Of a stretch of 64,000 nucleotides of DNA, positions 27,172-41,905 are shown piece after piece. Each line of letters starts with the position of its first letter. Position 1 is the first letter of the stretch. Made by a program: the position numbers and the translations under genes. The notes under the pieces were generated by a model that worked only from the letters and a program-made list of their open reading frames with translations, was not told the DNA's origin and made no database searches. This DNA is from Antedon mediterranea (lineage: Eukaryota > Animalia > Echinodermata), in NCBI RefSeq assembly GCF_964355755.1, contig NC_092673.1, positions 4,960,001-5,024,000 on the forward strand. Reading direction: 5' to 3'.

Positions 27172-30100
27172 AAATTTTCAAAAAATGGCCGATTTTCGAC
27201 CCTTTTATTTTTTGACATAAATGGTTATTATTGCATAATAAACATGCGCAGAGACGAATAATGGGTTCTACGCATGTCAATTGTGCTATGGTAACCAGTT
27301 TTGATATAAATGGTTACTATTGCATAATAAATATGCGCAGAGGCGAATAATGGGTTCTGCACATGTCAATTGTGCTATGGTAGCCAGTTTTGACATATGA
27401 AAAATCCTTGTACTATAGTACATGGAAATTTTCGAAAAATGGCCGATTTTCGACCCTTTTATTTTTTGACATAAATGGTTACTATTGCATAATAAACATG
27501 CGCAGAGACTAATAATGGGTTCTAGGCATGTCAATTGTGCTATGGTAACCAGTTTTGACATAAATGGTTACTATTGCATAATAAACTTGCGCAGAGGCGA
27601 ATAATGGGTTCTGTGCATGTCAATTGTGCTATAGTAACCAGTTTTGACATAAATGGTTACTATTGCATAATAAACATGCGCAGAGGCGAATAATGGGTTC
27701 TACGCATGTCAATTGTGCTATGGTAACCAGTTTTGACATAAATGGTTACTATTGCATAATAAATATGCGCAGAGGCGAATAATGGGTTCTACGCATGTCA
27801 ATTGTGCTATGGTAACCAGTTTTGACATAAATGGTTACTATTGCATAATAAATATGCGCAGAGGCGAATAATGGGTTCTGCGCATGTCAATTGTGCTATA
27901 GTAACCAGTTTTATCGAAAAATAAAAAGGTCGAAAATTGGCTATTTTTTTGACAAAATCCCTGTACTATAGTACAGGAAAATTTTCGATTTTCGACCCTT
28001 TTATTTTTTGACATAAATGGTTACTATTGCATAATAAACATGCGCAGAGACGAATAATTGGTTCTGCGCATGTCAATTGTGCTATGGTAACCAGTTTTAT
28101 CGAAAAATAAAAAGGTCGAAAATTTTCCTTTTTTTGAAAAATCTCTGTACTATAGTACATGGAAATTTTCGAAAAATGGCCGATTTTCGACCCTTTTATT
28201 TTTTGACATAAATGGTTACTATTGCATAATAAACATGCGCAGAGACGAATAATGGGTTCTACGCATGTCAATTGTGCTATGGTAACCAGTTTTGACATAA
28301 ATGGTTACTATTGCATAATAAATATGCGCAGAGGCGAATAATAGGTTCTGCGCATGTCAATTGTGCTATAGTAACCAGTTTTATCGAAAAATAAAAAGGT
28401 CGAAAATTGGCTATTTTTTTGACAAAATCCCTGTACTATAGTACATGGAAATTTTCGAAAAATGGCCGATTTCCGACCCTTTTATTTTTTGACATAAATG
28501 GTTACTATTGCATAATAAACATGCGCAGAGACGAATAATGGGTTCTACGCATGTCAATTGTGCTATGGTAACCAGTTTTGACATAAATGGTTACTATTGC
28601 ATAATAAATATGCGCAGAGGCGAATAATGGGTTCTGCGCATGTCAATTGTGCTATAGTAACCAGTTTTGACATAAATGGTTATTATTGCATAATAAACAT
28701 GCGCAGAGACGAATAATGGGTTCTACGCATGTCAATTGTGCTATGGTAACCAGTTTTGACATAAATGGTTACTATTGCATAATAAACATGCGCATAAAAA
28801 AATCCCTGTACTATAGTACAGGAAAATTTTCGATTTTCGACCCTTTTATTTTTTGACATAAATGGTTACTATTGCATAATAAACATGCGCAGAGATGAAT
28901 AATGGGTTCTGCGCATGTCAATTGTGCTATAGTAACCAGTTTTGACATAAATGGTTACTATTGCATAATAAACATGCGTAGAGGCGAATAATGGGTTCTG
29001 CGCATGTCAATTGTGCTATGGTAACCAGTTTTGACATAAATGGTTACTATTGCATAATAAACATGCGCAGAGGCGAATAATGGGTTCTGCGCATGTCAAT
29101 TGTGCTATGGTAACCAGTTTTATCGAAATATAAAAAGGTCGAAAATTTGCCTTTTTATGAAAAATCCCTGTACTATAGTACATGGAAATTTTCGAAAAAT
29201 GGCCGATTTTCGACCCTTTTATTTTTTGACATAAATGGTTACTATTGCATAATAAACATGCGCAGAGACGAATAATGGGTTCTAGGCATGTCAATTGTAC
29301 TATGGTAACCAGTTTTGACATAAATGGTTACTATTGTATAATAAACATGCGCAGAGACGAATAATGGGTTCTGCGCATGTCAATTGTGCTATAGTAACCA
29401 GTTTTATCGAAAAATAAAAAGGTCGAAAATTGGCTATTTTTTTGACAAAATCCCTGTACTATATAGTACAGGGAAATTCGCGAAAAATGGCCGAATTTTG
29501 ACCCTTTTATTTTTTGACATAAATGGTTACTATTGCATAATAAACATGCGCAGAGACGAATAATGGGTTCTAGGCATGTCAATTGTACTATGGTAACCAG
29601 TTTTGACATAAATGGTTACTATTGTATAATAAACATGCGCAGAGACGAATAATGGGTTCTGCGCATGTCAATTGTGCTATAGTAACCAGTTTTATCGAAA
29701 AATAAAAAGGTCGAAAATTTGCCTTTTTTTGAAAAATCCCTGTACTATAGTACATGGAAATTTTCGAAAAATTGCCGATTTTCGACCCTTTTATTTTTTG
29801 ACATAAATGGTTACTATTGCATAATAAACATGCGCAGAGACAAATAATGGGTTCTACGCATGTCAATTTTACTATGGTAACCAGTTTTGACATAAATGGT
29901 TACTATTGCATAACAAACATGGGCAGAGGCGAATAATGGGTTCTGCGCATGTCAATTGTGCTATAGTAACCAGTTTTTTCGAAAAATAAAAAGGTCGAAA
30001 ATTGGCTATTTTTTTGACAAAATCCCTGTACTATATAGTACAGGGAAATTCGCGAAAAATGGCCGAATTTTGACCCTTTTATTTTTTGACATAAATGGTT

Positions 30101-30560
30101 ACTATTGCATAACAAACATGCGCAGAGGCGAATAATGGGTTCTGCGCATGTCAATTGTGCTATAGTAACCAGTTTTTTCGAAAAATAAAAAGGTTGAAAA
30201 TTGGCTATTTTTTGGACAAAATCCCTGTACTATATAGTACAGGGAAATTCGCGAAAAATGGCCGATTTTCGACCCTTTTATTTTTTGACATAAATGGTTA
30301 CTATTGCATAATAAACATGCGCAGAGACGAATAATGGGTTCTACGCATGTCAATTGTGCTATGGTAACCATTTTTGACATAAATGGTTACTATTGCATAA
30401 TAAACATGCGCAGAGACGAATAATGGGTTCTGCACATGTCAATTGTGCTATAGTAACTACTTTTGACATAAATAGTTACTATAGTATAATAAACATGCGC
30501 AGAGGCGAATAATGGGTTCTGCGCATGTCAATTGTGCTATAGTAAAAATAAAAAGGTCGA
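27172..30560. repeat. Complex higher-order satellite: 89-bp hairpin monomer (about 27 copies) interspersed with a ~110-bp palindromic unit
   Basis: gacataaatgg recurs at 27557, 27646, 27735 and 27824 (period 89). A-A-B periods are 284-288 bp (29228, 29516, 29800, 30088). Degenerate copies extend left to about 26770. Confidence 0.97.
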
Positions 30561-31293
30561 GTAAAAATAAAAAGGTAAAAATAAAAAGGTAAAAAATTGG
30601 CCTATTTCGACTCTTTTATCAATTTTTCCTACCTCTTAGAACAGCCGGACAACTACCCATCTGGCAGGACAACACCCCAACTCCCTCAGCAACCACCCCT
30701 CTATGGCAATGACATCAGACAATTAACTCCCTTAGGATAACTACCACTTTGGCCATTTTTGACCAATTGTTTTTTTTCTCGAAATTTCGACCGTTTCATT
30801 TATTTACCCAACTGGCTACTAAACACCAAATATACATGTATGTGTATGATCTTATCGTATAATAATTCATTATTTAAAATTCATATTTTATCAAAAATCT
30901 CAGGGAAAATGTGTACATGCCAAAGATCTTTAACGTTACATGGTTAGAGCAGCAAGGAGTGTGATTACAATTGGTTGGAGTAACTACTTTTGGTAGCGCC
31001 CTCAATACCATGAACTTATTGAAACTGTGATACTAGTCAAATACGTGCACGTGATTACTATAATTACGCTAAAGTACTGTCACGGTGTAGCCTCTGTAAC
31101 ATATAATAACATGACATAGTTAATATACCGGTTTTACAAGTATTGATACTAACATTGGTAGAAACCTCAACTTATTATTGATGATGAATAAATAAAACGC
31201 TTGCGTTTCACTCTCTACTTTTACTTACACCTAATCATCTGACAAATTCTCGATTGATGCGTGTATTTTGTCTATCAATTATATATCTTTCTA

Positions 31294-31436
31294 AGATTTG
31301 GTTTCCACTAGACCTCAACGCAAGGACGTAAGCGCACCGGAACTAATTTTACCAGGAAGGAAAGAAGGAAGGATCACCCGAACGGCGCTTTTGATTGGTT
31401 GACTCATTTGCGTTGCGCGACGTAGGCCTACGTCTA
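31294..31436. mobile_element. MITE family A, degenerate copy
   Basis: ttggtttccactagac..caacgcaaggacgtaagcgca...tgattggttgac...gcgttgcgc. Confidence 0.65.
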
Positions 31437-31666
31437 ATTCCCAAACTAGTTGAAATTACTTTCGGATGGAACTGCGAACCCAGAACCTACATACATTGTA
31501 AACTAAAATAAATATTTTTTTTTTTAATAAATCAAAATATAGGCATATATATTAGATCTAGTCTCACAATAAATTACAGCATAAAACGTTAACGAATGAA
31601 TATGTATACTACCAGAGCCATGTATCTAAATAACGAATTTGCCATTAAGATCTTTAATTAAATATA

Positions 31667-31992
31667 TTGAATTGAATTGAATTGAAATATATATTTATAC
31701 TGGGTAACCTCTTCAGTCAAAGACTGGTCTCCCAGAGGGCCCAGTTGGTGATCAGTGGCTGTGATGTACTAATACACCGGGGTAACCCCCTACTCGTCTC
31801 GAAAGATGTACTAGGTTCTTTTTAAAGTGCACACGAGCTAGATGTGTACACTGGACCTACGGTTTATAGTCCTTATCCGAGAAGACTCGTTCTACCACCA
31901 GAACCATGGAGTGAGTGAGCCTCGAACCCATGCCGATGTTATGGCTACGTAATTGCGGTTCCACTGTCTTAACCGCTCGGCCACTCACTCAC
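31667..31992 (-). mobile_element. tRNA-derived SINE with Deu/Nin-like central domain, (TTCAA)n tail
   Basis: Close reverse complement of 54366-54682, with Pol III A box TGGCCGAGCGG and B box GGTTCGAGG. Confidence 0.85.
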
Positions 31993-32261
31993 ATATATAT
32001 TTAATATAAAATACAATTCATTAAAAATAGCCTACAACCTTTAAAAAAATTCAACATATTATTATTTCGATAAAAATCAAACAAAAAGAACAACATAAGT
32101 ATAATTACCAGAGAAACAGTTAATGGCCTTCCTCATATACAAATAATAAAAGTATATTTACTTTATCGTTTTGATTTAGCTTTTTTTCCCTCCAAAGAGA
32201 TGGTACAAAGATGATTAAAGAAACGGATGTAATGCAGGAGATTTACAAATAATTACATTAC

Positions 32262-32300
32262 ACTAGATGGTACGCGAGCGAAGCGAGCGTACCATCTAGT
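32262..32300. repeat. Perfect 14-bp inverted repeat (hairpin), probable Helitron/Helentron-type terminus
   Basis: ACTAGATGGTACGC-gagcgaagcga-GCGTACCATCTAGT. Confidence 0.6.
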
Positions 32301-35204
32301 TCGTGCCCACAGATGGTTCTCCAATACATAGTAATTTCAGCGTAAAAAAAACTGGCGATTTCAAATGTACGTACGGCAGGACTATAAAATATTGTAGTCA
32401 ACCAAAATTAGCACCTACAAACTTGTCACAAAATGAGTCCAAATGTTTTATTGGGACTCATTTAAACAAACCCAATTTATGTTTTGTATCTAACATTAGG
32501 GTTGAGGGTTGGGGATGAGGATAGGTAAAAAGGTTCAATATATTCTTTATATTAAATTATTCTTTATATTTCTTTATTATCCACTAAGTAACGAAATATT
32601 TTTGTTTAGCCCTATAAATAATATACCACTAAGTAAAGTAAAACATTTCCGATTTAATACTTTGTTAAAAATGTCACTGTCATGGTCGATTGGAATGCTA
32701 AAGTACATGTAACGACCACTACAACTTTTATATTTTTTGTAATTATTAATTAAAGAAAAAACGTTGAGAAGCAACTGTCAGTAATAAGGTATTATATTAT
32801 TATGTGTTTATAATCTAAAAGTAGGGGCTACCCACACTCACAGTAATGAAATTTATTCGTATATTTGTTTATATTATATCTAACAGTACCAACACACGCG
32901 ATCAAAAGTGGTTAATACCTATTTGCAGTATTGTATAGCATTACAATACTATTTATGTTTATTCTCCAAGGGTCTATAAATTTACCTACTTGTGTTAAAC
33001 CATGGAGGTATGCAAGTATGGTTAAACCAAATAATTTGGAATGTTCCATTCATTACATTTGTATAAACGTATATTAAATCTATCAAAATAGTATTTTTTT
33101 AAGAAAATCGGCCTGTCTTTATTATGATGCTGTACTCGAGCTGTTCAACCGGTGTTCAGCCATTAAAAACAATTATCGTATAGGAGGAGATAGAAAAATG
33201 CGAAGCATCCTCGTATTATTGTATGCGGGTATTTTTCACGATGGACATGCATTAGACAGTATATACCACGATCGGTAAACACCCCTATTTGGGGCAAATC
33301 GTTTTTATTGTCAATAACTAATTATCTAACTCAATTTAATTAGTAAACAGGGTTACATCAGGTGGTTAAAATCAGTACCGAAAGTACGAACCAACTTTAT
33401 ATACCATCGAGTAAACATTCTAGAAGTAACGCGCGATTTACCGAATTTTGCCCTTACGTAAATTTATATATAGATAATAAAATAGGCCAACAGTAATAAA
33501 TAAATAAATATTAGTAAATAAACAATAAAAATACAGCAGAAATAATAACATATTCAAAGGCTTAATGATTAATTATTTTGATTAACTTATTTATTTAATT
33601 AATTATAATAGAAATAGTCATTAAAACATATTATGTAGGCATATAAATTAAAACAAATAAACCAGTCGAAATGAGAGGTATAAAAGATGTATGGTCACCA
33701 AAAACATGACAAATAAAGACTAATAAAATCCAAAATTTGAAAGGGCTAATTTTAGTTTTAATCAAGTTTTTCAACTTTGCCCAAAATAATGAATACAAAT
33801 AATGATTCTGCTTAAAAAACTTGACTATTTTTTCTTATGTAATATTTTTTCGTTCTAATTTTAGGTCAACGTGAATGAATTAATCTATTAGCGGTATGTG
33901 ACCTTAAAGTGGCCTATTCAACAACAAAGAATTATTTTTGTTCAGATATGTTTAATTAAAAACAAAAGAATTACATTATCTCGGAAATATTTCTTTATAT
34001 AACTTATATAATTTATTACATATATAATATTACTCTTTGTTAATAAATAAATGTTTTATGTCATAGTTCTGTTAACTAGGTTAATTTACAACATTGTTTC
34101 TAACAGACGTAACAATGTCATACACAAATGATATCCGTTTGTTTAAAGGAACAAAACACTTAATTAGTTAATGATTCGAATGTACTAATACATTTCTGAT
34201 TACACAATGATTATAATCAGAACAAATTTATATGGTTTCTTGTCATGATATAGGCATAGATGAGAGCTTCTGACAGGCCTTCCAAAGCTGCGTGCGTGTC
34301 AGACATCACAGCGAAGCCTATGCTAGGCCTTTCTTCTTCTGGTACGACCTATCTATTGCTCATTTTGTCAGCGGCGACGATGAGCAATTTTCACATTAGC
34401 ATATGAATGTAGTCGCTGTTCCAGTCTGTAGGCGTTGGGCTTAATGCGACTCTAAGAACAGTTCAATTAACGCTTTAGTCTCTTTAGGTTAATTATCCTT
34501 TATTCTGTAATTTGTTAGTTGGAGACATGGCTATACAACAAACCGTGTTCCGTTTTGTTTTCACTAGAAGGATATGAGACTTTAAACGGTGATGTCCATT
34601 TGAACAAAACGGATCATTATAAAGCTAAGACCGTCCCAGACTATCCCATTATTCTCCAATTACTATCTTATTGTTAACATCAACAAACGAGTATTTAAAT
34701 ACATTCATGTGCATATGTTACAGAAGAATTTATATACACTTCTTATATAGGCCTAATATATATTATTTATATAAAAAAAAGTATATAGTAGTTATATTTT
34801 ACTCTGCGACAATAAATAAATACGTTTCCAAAATATTACAATTTCATTTTTTTAGTTTATGGGTATTTATATATTTGGTGATTAATAACATCAATTTTAC
34901 AATTTCATTTGCTTCTTTCTTTTTTCTTATTATAAAGCAATATATCTATGATATGAAACTTATAAAATAATAACTCTTAATTTCAGTATCATGGTAATAA
35001 AAATTTGTATTGTGATCATATTATAATGAAAGATCATCTAATAATAATAAATATGGTAACGTAATTCAAATGTTTAGTACAATAAATATAAAAGAACAAA
35101 ACAGTTTGGTTAACCAAAGTGGGAAGCGTATTATTATCACAATAGAAACGAACTAAACATAGCGATAGAAGATATTGATGGTCATAAAATGAAAAGACGT
35201 TTTA

Positions 35205-35320
35205 CAAAGTATGCTAATGAATTGTGCAAAGTGAGCCAATCGGAAACGAGCGCTCACTCGGCGACGCGCCAATCAAACTCCTGACAGAAGAAACTGATAA
35301 TTTCTTGTCGATTGGTTCAA
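35205..35320 (+). promoter_or_regulatory. Candidate Hmx proximal promoter (CCAAT-box cluster)
   Basis: CCAAT at 35236 and 35269, ATTGG at 35311, octamer-like ATGCTAAT at 35211, and a CpG-rich patch about 500 bp upstream of the ATG. Confidence 0.5.
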
Positions 35321-35776
35321 AATGTTTCTGATTTTCTTAACAAGAGAGGAGGAACAACTTAGTAGGACTTTATTCATAATCCCATTATCTTTTGTGCTAC
35401 TAAACAAGAGAAGTCATAGAAAACTGAACTACCATTTAACTGTGGTTCTCTTTTGATTGAGGCATTAGTGTTGTTGTAACTAAACGGCGCCATCGGGTTG
35501 TCACACTCCACGGTACACAAATTCACGCTCCGGTTCTCAGACAGATCACTCGTACGTTAAATTTTACCAAAGTTATAACACTTAAACACAATCGCTGGTT
35601 CTGGATAGTTGACTTGTTTTTTCGCTCCGTTGAATTTAAACTTTTCACTACATAAAAAGGGTCGCATTTATATTCGCATTGGTTTTGCAGTATAGGATCT
35701 AAACTGCGACACCTTTGTTTGAACTTTTTATTTTCAGCTGAATATCGAACAAATTCGTTTGAAACATTTATTTAAG

Positions 35777-36098
35777 ATGACGGAACCAAGGTTTACACCA
35801 TCTAAGCGTTTTTCGATCGATAGTATCCTGGCAGATACGAAATCATCAACGAAACAGACGGAGCCACCGATATCCCCAACTAGCAATGATAGACACTCAC
35901 CCCAGCCTAGTCTTCCAAGCTCACCGTCTAGCCCTATCAAAACAGCCGATAAAGACACCAGAAGTAGCTGGCCTGCTGGCATGTCCGTTTCCTCAGAGAT
36001 GAGCCTACATCACTTTAGGCCCCCGTTAGGAGTGCCACCTCTAACTTGGTATGCCTGGATGCACGGAGCAAATCCATATTTCCCGTACAACTACGAAC
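35777..36098 (+). CDS. Hmx: Hmx (NK5/H6) homeobox gene, coding exon 1
   Basis: ATG at 35777, eh1 motif RFSIDSIL, Ser/Pro-rich segment and WYAW motif. Consensus donor C|GTAAGT at 36098/36099 (phase 1) joins exon 2 in frame. Confidence 0.9.
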
Positions 36099-37738
<1,640 letters not shown>

Positions 37739-38005
37739 ACAAATATTATATATTGTTTATATATTTTAAGATGAACTTGCTTGCGTAGGCCTACATTTTG
37801 GTTGATGGAGAACGAAATGCGGTTGCAAGGTGTCCCGACATTAAGGTAGGCGACATGACAAGAGGGTGTTGAATTATAAATGGTGCTTTTTATAAATCTT
37901 GTACAAAGAAGAACACACAATTGTGTGTATACTTATGAAAATGTATATAAAGTAAATTATTTCGTTATAAATTAAGTTCGTTATAGATGAAATGCGAAAA
38001 TGCAA

Positions 38006-38011
38006 AATAAA
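38006..38011 (+). terminator. Candidate Hmx polyadenylation signal
   Basis: AATAAA about 270 nt after the stop, followed by T/GT-rich sequence. The hexamer is common in AT-rich DNA. Confidence 0.35.
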
Positions 38012-40047
38012 AATTGTGAAGAGAAAATATTACTATAACAATTCCAATTTGTATTATTTTTTCAATAGTAAAAATATATTGTGATGAGTAAGTGCATTGT
38101 TTTTATACCGCCCATCGGTCAAAGATACCTTAATTTACAGGTTTTCTGTTCCAATTCGTTCTAACAGATTAATATTGATTGTAAATTTATATTGGAACAC
38201 ACTGAATAGGCCGACTAACGAATCAAAGCATCTAAAATACTTAAGGAACTTGATTGCAATTTGACGTATACAATGAAATATGTTATTCAATGTAAATTAA
38301 TAGAAATTAGATGACAATAGCGACGGTTTAACTAGCGACTGATTCAATATAAAAAGAATTGGTTACTCATTTTGGTTTTATTGGCCTACTCGACAACTTT
38401 GTGATTACAAAGGCAATGATAATATTACTACACCTACATTTAGTTGACACCGTTATATTATCAGTCTATAATAACTTCACTTTTACAATTATCTATAAAA
38501 TATTTTATTATGATTTCCATAAATTCAATCTTATAATTTTTCTTACATTTGAACGAATTTTGTTTCTGTAAATGCATATACCGAACACATTTTTTTTATT
38601 CCATATTCTGATATTCAATCATTATCTCATATTAATATTTATTCTTATATTGTTATTCTCCAGTTTATTTCTTGTTGTGGTACATGAAAAGACATAAAAA
38701 TTACGTAGAATCACGTAGAATTACGTATACGTAAACTGTCTTGTCTTCGTGTATCGTAACGAAATGTTTAACTTACCTATACAAAATATTAATTTACTGT
38801 TTTGATTTTAGATACACTTAAATTGCGAAAAATATAATTGATAAATGAAAATATGGGATTATAAAATTATTTCAATCCTTAATTAATTACTGTGTGCTTA
38901 TAATTTGCATTTATATCATGTACCAGTTATGTTAGAATAATAATACACTTAAGAGTCATTTAAATCCCGTGATATTTAAATAACTCTATATATCGCAGTT
39001 TATATGTATATTTGCTTAATGAGTTCAATACACTAGAACTTTATTATCTACTTTACGTTTGAAATGTCGGCAATGACATTTAATTTTGTTTCATTGCCGA
39101 TTTAGTGAATCTCCGAATACAACTGAACAGATTTAGATGTTAACAGGCAAATTGCTGTGGGTAGCTAGAGGAGGATTAGGAGAATGATAGAGGACCGGTA
39201 TTAAAACAAGTCATTTGTGAATAAACATATTTGTTTTAATCAAAACAATAGTTATAACTTGGCAATTAAAGTCACACAAAATGAATGAGATGAGAAAGTT
39301 GTGGTTTACACAGCATCACTCACACGCGTGGTGCATCAGTGTGAACGCAATGTTATTTAATAAATATCATGTATTTTATGTTATTTGTATGTACTGTTAT
39401 AAGTGTATCGTTTACAATAGGTTTGAACATGTTAATTGTATACGTATTGTGCTGGATGTGATATTGATAATATTTTGAAAAAAACTGTTGTACGAATTCG
39501 ATAAACTCATTGATTATTCTTGATAATAAAATTATCAGAAATTTATTTTTTGTATTTAGTCAAAATTATTTCTCCAAGATTACACAAACATCACAAATAT
39601 TACACATAAAAGGACAAAGAACGTATGGAATATTAAGAAGGCAGAATTAACAAAATTAAGTAAAAGTCGAGAAGATCGGACTGCATTGAAATACATACAC
39701 TTACTAAAATTAAAATTCGGAATTGAATTGAAAAGTACAGATGCGGTAAACATGAGTGTGGACAACATCTTTACTTTTTCTGATTGATAACCGACTGGAC
39801 CTTTCGTTGTCCGAAGAACAGCCACTAGCCTATCTTCACTCTTCAGCGTATTGGTACGGAGTAACAGTATAATTGGTTGGGCTTCATCTTAAAGTCAGAC
39901 TTCAAGAAAAGGTAAATTATTTTTCTTTTCTTTTTGTGTATATTGGCTTCTTCTGAAAATGTCATCATGAATTTAAGCTTTTTAGTCCTAATTTCCTTAT
40001 TTCGTTTTAAAAAAAAAATGGCCTTAGCACATTGACATTTTTTCAAA

Positions 40048-40688
40048 TATTTATTTAGAATATAAACATTAAACAAATATCACATTGATGTGTTGTTAAA
40101 CACGGTAAAAAAAAGTCTGCTAATCGTCAAACTAATCGTGCCAGGTAGTTTTAGTATGGCACGAGAACATAATATGTCCAGCCTAAATTATCACCCGTGC
40201 GAACATATACTTTTTATTAGCCTATAAATATATTCTTATACTTATAGTGCTATTAATTAGGACCGATTTTAAATATAGGACTAATTATTTATAGGTTAAT
40301 CGCAATTGACAATTACGTTAAGGATTTCCGTCGAGGTTCATTGATTATAAACGTATACATTAATCCTTTATTTATTTAGAATATAAACATTAAACAAATA
40401 TCACATTGATGTGTTGTTAAACACGGTAAAAAAAGTCTGCTAATCGTCAAACTAATCGTGCCAGGTAGTTTTAGTATGGCACGAGAACATAATATGTCCA
40501 GCCTAAATTATCACCCGTGCGAACATATACTTTTTATTAGCCTATAAATATATTCTTATACTTATAGTGCTATTAATTAGGACCGATTTTAAATATAGGA
40601 CTAATTATTTATAGGTTAATCGCAATTGACAATTACGTTAAGGATTTCCGTCGAGGTTCATTGATTATAAACGTATACATTAATCCTT
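40048..40688. repeat. Near-perfect tandem duplication, unit 321/320 bp
   Basis: taatcgtcaa at 40121 and 40441; the only difference seen is one A in a homopolymer. Confidence 0.95.
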
Positions 40689-40939
40689 GTTTTAATCCTA
40701 TGCCATGTTTTCGCTAGGATAATTGCCCGTATTGACTAATATAGGTCTCATAGGCGCCGGAAGAAGAGATTAGGAGTAACAACTAAAACTAATAATTAGT
40801 ATCAATATTTTGGGGTTATTTAATTATATCTAAGTCTTTTTTTTTTCTTTTTTTCTATAACTCACTATGTTGTAGTTGTAAACACTAACTCAAATCTACG
40901 AATAATATTATAACATATATAAATATATAATATTTAACG

Positions 40940-41052
40940 TTTTTAGTCGCGTGGATGCGACTCTATAGTTCACTATGTCGGTCGGTCGGTCTGTCTGTCG
41001 GTCCGGTATCACTATGCGTTTTAGCACGCGACTTATGGCTGTTGGCCTTGTT
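40940..41052 (+). mobile_element. Helentron/HINE (DINE-1-like) non-autonomous element
   Basis: T-run start, 5' stem-loop agtcgcgt..tgcgact, (GTCG/GTCT)n microsatellite, subterminal inverted acgcgact, small 3' hairpin ggctgttggcc, ends in a T-run. Confidence 0.7.
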
Positions 41053-41905
41053 TTAGTTCAAGTAGCAGAATGTTATGTACACAACGCTATGAAAAATAAG
41101 GTATTTATAACATTACTCAACAATAAACAATAACATTGATAATTAGGCCTATTCAATATGTATTAATATCATTTTTTTAAATTAATAATTTATATAGTAA
41201 AATCTTAACAACTATTATTTATTTATGTATTCTAATTTAATTTAAGCAACGTGTAATAATTCGTAGTTTTGGCGAGCTTCTCACAAATTACAAGAAATAG
41301 GCCTACAACAACAAAAAACAATAACACATTAATAGCCTAATATAAATAATAATCGGAAAAAAATTTAATTCCAAGCCAAAAAATATTTAAATTGTCTGTT
41401 AAAATTGAATAACATATTATTAGGTTTGCCTAATTATAATTACACAATATGTATCAATATTATTCTTTAGTTACTATTCTAAAATAAAATGTTTTATAAT
41501 AGCTTAAATAACTTCTCTTTAAATACGTATTAGCATATTATTTATTTTTAATTTATCGTAAGCGATGTATTCGTAGTTTGGGTGAGCGTCTCACAATCGT
41601 TCCGTGAAATTGGTTAGGTTAATAAAGATCATTGAAAACATCAATTAATAGTAAAGTTAACAAGTCTCGATTGAATGAAAACGATTCATCAACTTCATTT
41701 GGGAAGGCATAGCCTATGTATCAAACGACGATAGAAAAAACAATCCACGCAACGAAGATTCCAAGTGATTACTAAAATGTATATACTTATTACTGTGTTG
41801 TCTAAATGAAATGAGAATTAAAATTGATCATAATGAATTTTCATTTATTTACAAACAAAAATATAATCAGTTGTTTTTCATTATGATCGTGGTTGAAAAT
41901 ATTAA

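Noticed and set aside
27286-30380. Repeated Cys-rich ORFs (MSKLVTIAQLTC...)
   Set aside because: Translations of the 89-bp satellite; the period is not a multiple of 3 and the frames break between units.
27172-30560. CRISPR-like array of palindromic repeats
   Set aside because: No unique spacers and no cas genes, in a eukaryotic intron-containing context; it is a satellite.
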